This document shows positions 59,207 through 64,000 of a DNA stretch of 64,000 nucleotides, one piece after another. Origin of the DNA: Octopus vulgaris. Taxonomy: Eukaryota. The position numbers and the translations under genes were made by a program. The DNA lies in assembly GCA_951406725.2 (NCBI GenBank), contig OX597820.1, forward strand, positions 124,001 through 188,000. Direction: 5' to 3'. The notes under the pieces were generated by a model. The model saw only the letters and a program-made list of their open reading frames with translations, searched no databases and was not told where the DNA came from. How positions within the stretch are numbered: the first letter of the stretch is position 1; each line of letters starts with the position of its first letter.

Positions 59207-60355
59207 GTAAGTCCCCATTGGATCTGGAATATCCAAATCTGTTTCTTTTATGTTTTCAATAATGTTTGTTTCTTTTTCATTCAGTCATTCATGTCATAAT
59301 CCCACCATGGGGTCATTGTCTTTCTTCTCTCTTTCGCACTGAAATAACACTGTAATCTACTTTATTAATTAATCATCACCATAATTGTTATTGTTGTTGC
59401 CTGACTGGACTCTTTACTTCATCTCGTTCTCCATTTCCTCAACGTCGCAGGTTCAAATCCTCTCTCTTCTTCCTTTCATCCCATCTAGAACTACTTTTTC
59501 TCTCTCTCTCTCTCTCTTTCTTCCTCACTCTCTCTCCTTTGTAGTTTCCCTATTTACTCCGACCCTGGGCTAAATACAGAATCATCCCCTTACAATATTT
59601 ACATTTGTCTCTTTTATGTTCCATGTTCAAATCCTACCAGAATATTTACTATCACTCTGGGGTCAATATAATCTGTACCAGTAATACCCAGGGGTTCCTT
59701 TAATAAACTGTCTTCCTTCTTTTCTCCAGTTCTTGTTTCTTATTACTTTTAGAGAAAATAAATTGTGTTATTTTATTTACGACTCTTTACGTTCAGAGTT
59801 CAAATCCTGCCAAGGTCAACTTCTCCTTCCATCTTTGCAAGGTTGATAAAATACAATACCAGTCATGTACTGGGGTTCATATGATTACCTGTAGCCCTAA
59901 TATGTGTGTGTATATATATATACAAATAAAATGTATGGATGTATATATAATGTAAATTGTGGTGTGTATATGTTAGTGTTTCTCTTCATTCATATTATAT
60001 TCCTAAATAATCCTAATCTTCTCCGAAAGGTTTTTCTCGATACTTTCCTAACAATTTATCCACTTTTTGAAAAATTACGAGGAAACAAAAGATACTCTTG
60101 TGAATTTTTGCTGAACTCTTCTCCCGACATTTGGGGTACGCTTATATAGGTACGTATATATAATCGTATATATAATGTATACATGCCTATAAGATATTAT
60201 ATACATGTATATATATATATATGAGTATGCATATACATATATACATAGATACGTACACACAAACAAACATATACATATTTTTATATATATATATACTTCC
60301 TGAGACCCTTATTTTTCCCCATAACTTTGTGGTGTTTCATATTTATTCCTATATA

Positions 60356-60389
<34 letters not shown>

Positions 60390-63032
60390 CACAGGATTGG
60401 CTGTGTGGTTAGTAGCTTGCTTACAAACCACATGGTTCCATAAGAAATCGGTTTCTCGATTTTTTCCACTCATCAATTGTTTTATTTTATGTAACCCCAT
60501 TTTGCCCATGGGTTGAGAACCCTTCCAGCAAGGAATGTAAAATGCCCAAAAGCGCTCCTGATCCTCTGTGTGAAAAGCGGTTATGTTCAGATCACAACTA
60601 AGTTTATATATATGGGCAAAACACACACACAAACATATACGTACATACACCTATTGTATACATGTTTTTGCACGCCGTTGCCCCTGCCACTGTCCCACCA
60701 CCAACACTTACCCGAGTAATACCATCAACTGAAGCAAATTTAGTACCCGGAAGTAAGTTTTGTAACAGGAATAGAGAAGCCTACCTTCTCCCGTAGAGAT
60801 GTGAAAGTCATACCTCTCCTGGTCAAACTAAAGTGCTTGACCCGGTCATCAAACAAACAAAAAAATTGTGTAATAGGTGTAAAACAAATTCCTCTAAACG
60901 AATATGGCCCAAAAAATGTGCGCTCGCGAAAGGGAGTTGGGGAGAGGCCTCGGAAAATTCACATTGTGAATGTTACGTGTCTGACCCGGGCACAAAAACA
61001 AAAAAAAATAGTGTAATAGGTGCAAAACAACTTGTTCTAAACGATTATCAAGAACACACACACACAAAAAGAGAAATGGTTGGTTCAAGGCAAGAGTGCA
61101 TTGAACTGAATTTAAATAAGCAAGAAAGATATTATCAAAGAAAAGACCATAGGCCTCTCCTCCCACCCTCCTTTCGCGAGCGCGTATTTTTTTGGTCATA
61201 TTCTCTTAGAGGAAGTTGTTTTACACATATTACTATTTTTTTGTTTGTTTTTATGACCGGGTCAAACGCTTTAGGTTGACCCCTCTCCTTTCGAAAACAT
61301 GAACAGTTTCGAAACATTGTTTACAAAATAATAGCTGATCGTTTGCGAAGGAGCGTGTCTACAGTCAACACGTAGGTCTTTTGCTCTGGTAACCTCTGCT
61401 CTCTCCCATGTTCACGCACGACCAGCTATATATCGCTATGATTAGAACAACGGATTCAGCTAATTTGGAAATTAGTTGTGGAGAAATGGAGGATATCGTT
61501 TATGTTGCCTGTATATATATATACACAACACACACACACACAAACATTGCAAACATGTGTCTTTTACGCATACATGCTCGCGTGTGTATATGTGTGACTG
61601 AATCCATTCACACATACAAACATACATAACAATACCTGTCTGTCTGTTATTGCCAGTAAAAGGACGAAATTATAAAAATCTCTCTCTATATATGTCTCTC
61701 CGTCTCTCTCTCTCTCTCTCTCTTTACACCGTTGCTAGGAGGGGACTTAATTAATGTTTGCTTTGTAAACAATGGTAGCTTTTGCCATCTTAAAAATTTA
61801 AAAGTTATGTCTCAAAATTATTTACCGCTATTCGGGGTGTCTCGGGAGAAAATAATTTGACGAAAATACAGCTAAGATTGTGACAAATGTCTTCCTAAAA
61901 TTTGAGCGACATGCGTGTTAATTTGTGGATGTGCATAATTTACAAAAACGTTCACATACACACACAGACATTTTTCCTTATATATATATATATATATATA
62001 TATACATAAATATGTATATATATATATATATATACCCTTTCTTGACCACACAGCGATGATCATAGCAAGCAAGCTAAGAATTCTCATTTCATTTCTTCCG
62101 CCTCTTGTACTACACACATACATTTGCCGCTAACCCTTAAATGTTCGAATCTATTCACTAATTCTGCTTGTTCTTAAAATATAACCCTTTAATTTGTTTA
62201 ACCCCTCGGTACCAAGTTAATTTGTTCGTTACTCTGTTCATTTCTTCAAACCCCGATTGTTTAAGTCTCCTGTCCCCAATCAAAATCTTCGCAGCCCGCC
62301 ATTCGCGGTTCGCCCGCCCTCCCACCCCCCACCACCCATACCGGAGAACACTCTGTTTACACCATCCTCACTGGATATCCCCTCTACCACCGCCACCACT
62401 ACGTGTGTCTGTTCCTCCTACCCCTCCTCCTCAATATACTTTCTCACTATGTATTTTACCCCTGCCTCTCTTCCCCTGGACAGAAGCAGCTAGCGCTGCA
62501 GCTCATCAAACGTCCCACTTAACCTGTTATCTTATGTTCCTCCTGTTTTGAAATGTGTCACTGCCTCAACCGGCTATCTCCTTCCAGCCCCCTCCCCCAC
62601 TCGTGATATCCTACGTTTTACTTCCTACTTTTCATTCTGTCTAGAACCTGCCACCAACCCTACCTGTCATCGTTTCTCTTTACCCCAAACCTTCCCCACT
62701 GGTGCTCCCCTATATTACATGCACCCCCCCACTCTCTCTCCCTCTCTCCTCTCTGCCGGAACCCTCCCCCCCCTGCTGCAATGCAACGAAAAAAGTGAAT
62801 AACCGATCGTGGCCGATGCCAGACCCCTCTGGCACCTGTGCATGTGGCACATAAAAAGCACCCACTACACTCGCGGAGTGGTTGGCGTTAGGAAGGGCAT
62901 CCAGCTGTAGAAACACTGCCAGATCAGACTGGAGCCTGGGGCAGCCCCTGGCTCCCCAGACCCCGGTCAAACTGTCCAACCCGTGCTAGCGCGGAAAACG
63001 GATGATGATGATGATATATATATATATATATA

Positions 63033-63144
<112 letters not shown>

Positions 63145-63696
63145 CATATGTGTGTGTCTGTGTGTACGTGCGTGTGTTTGTGTGCCTGTGTTTGTCACCC
63201 AACATCGCTTGACAACCGATGTTTACGTCCCGTAACCTAGCGGTTCTACAAAAGAAACCGATAAATTAAGTACTAGGCTTCCTGGGGTCGATTTGCTCGA
63301 CTAACGACAGTGCTCCACCATGGCCACAGTCACATGACTAAAACAAATGAAAGAATAAAAGAATAAATGTAACTGTGAACACACAAACACGCGAACACAC
63401 ACATATATATACACACATACGCACACATTTTGCTGCTCTATGTGTTTATTTATTGAGTTATTCATCCTATATGCGTGTGTTTGCGTGTGTGTGTATAAAT
63501 ATATTTATATGTACACATGTATGTGTGTATATACAATAGAAATCAACATTGACTACTCCCCACCCCAATCATTCCACCTGTTTAATTAATTTCATTCCTT
63601 CTCTTCTCTTTTTCTGTGAGTTTTTCTTTTAATTCTTCACCACCCGACTCCCCTTTCAGACACCATTTTTAATGTTTTTATTCTTTTCTTTTTCAG

Positions 63697-63851
63697 GTCA
63701 ATGCACGGTCTAATAATGGTGAAACACCGCTGCACTTGGCCTGTTCGCAGGGACACTTTCACACAGTCGTCCTGTTGTTGGGTCACGATGGCATTGATGC
63801 CAATGTCATGAACATCAACGGTGACACACCGCTGCATGTGGCAGTTCAGTG
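63697..63851 (+). CDS. Ankyrin-repeat exon, copy 2 (ends ...HVAVQ)
   Basis: Same splice sites; by eye it differs from copy 1 only at cgg versus cag. Confidence 0.9.
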
Positions 63852-64000
63852 GTAAGTCCCCATTGGATCTGGAATATCCAAATCTGTTTCTTTTATGTTT
63901 TCAATAATGTTTGTTTCTTTTTCATTCAGTCATTCATGTCATAATCCCACCATGGGGTCATTGTCTTTCTTCTCTCTTTCGCACTGAAATAACACTGTAA

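Overview
Eukaryotic, AT-rich, microsatellite-saturated DNA. The repeat landscape (R4/Dong LINEs in AAT tracts, Penelope elements, tRNA-SINEs, (TA)n/(AAT)n/(GAT)n) looks like a coleoid cephalopod, probably Octopus; this is an inference. Positions ~1.3-38 kb hold one + strand multi-exon gene, apparently a secreted protein: signal peptide, EMI-like cysteine domain, then an array of 117-bp phase-1/phase-1 calcium-binding-EGF exons. The array has 13 intact and 2 frameshifted sense copies, 1 exon-less stub, and 2 intact copies inverted inside an upstream intron. Each cassette is bracketed by (GAT)n and (AAT)n tracts, and the AAT tracts are repeatedly occupied by R4/Dong-type restriction-like-endonuclease LINEs plus a non-coding partner element. 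Positions 38-53 kb are a transposon cluster: an internally deleted Gypsy LTR element, a mariner, a Penelope ORF with hammerhead ribozymes and an RTE fragment, partly arranged as an inverted duplication. Positions 54-64 kb are a tandem duplication carrying two near-identical ankyrin-repeat exons; the copies differ by CR1 and Helitron insertions. Most ORFs in the supplied track are microsatellite artefacts. All calls were made by eye, with no database searches.
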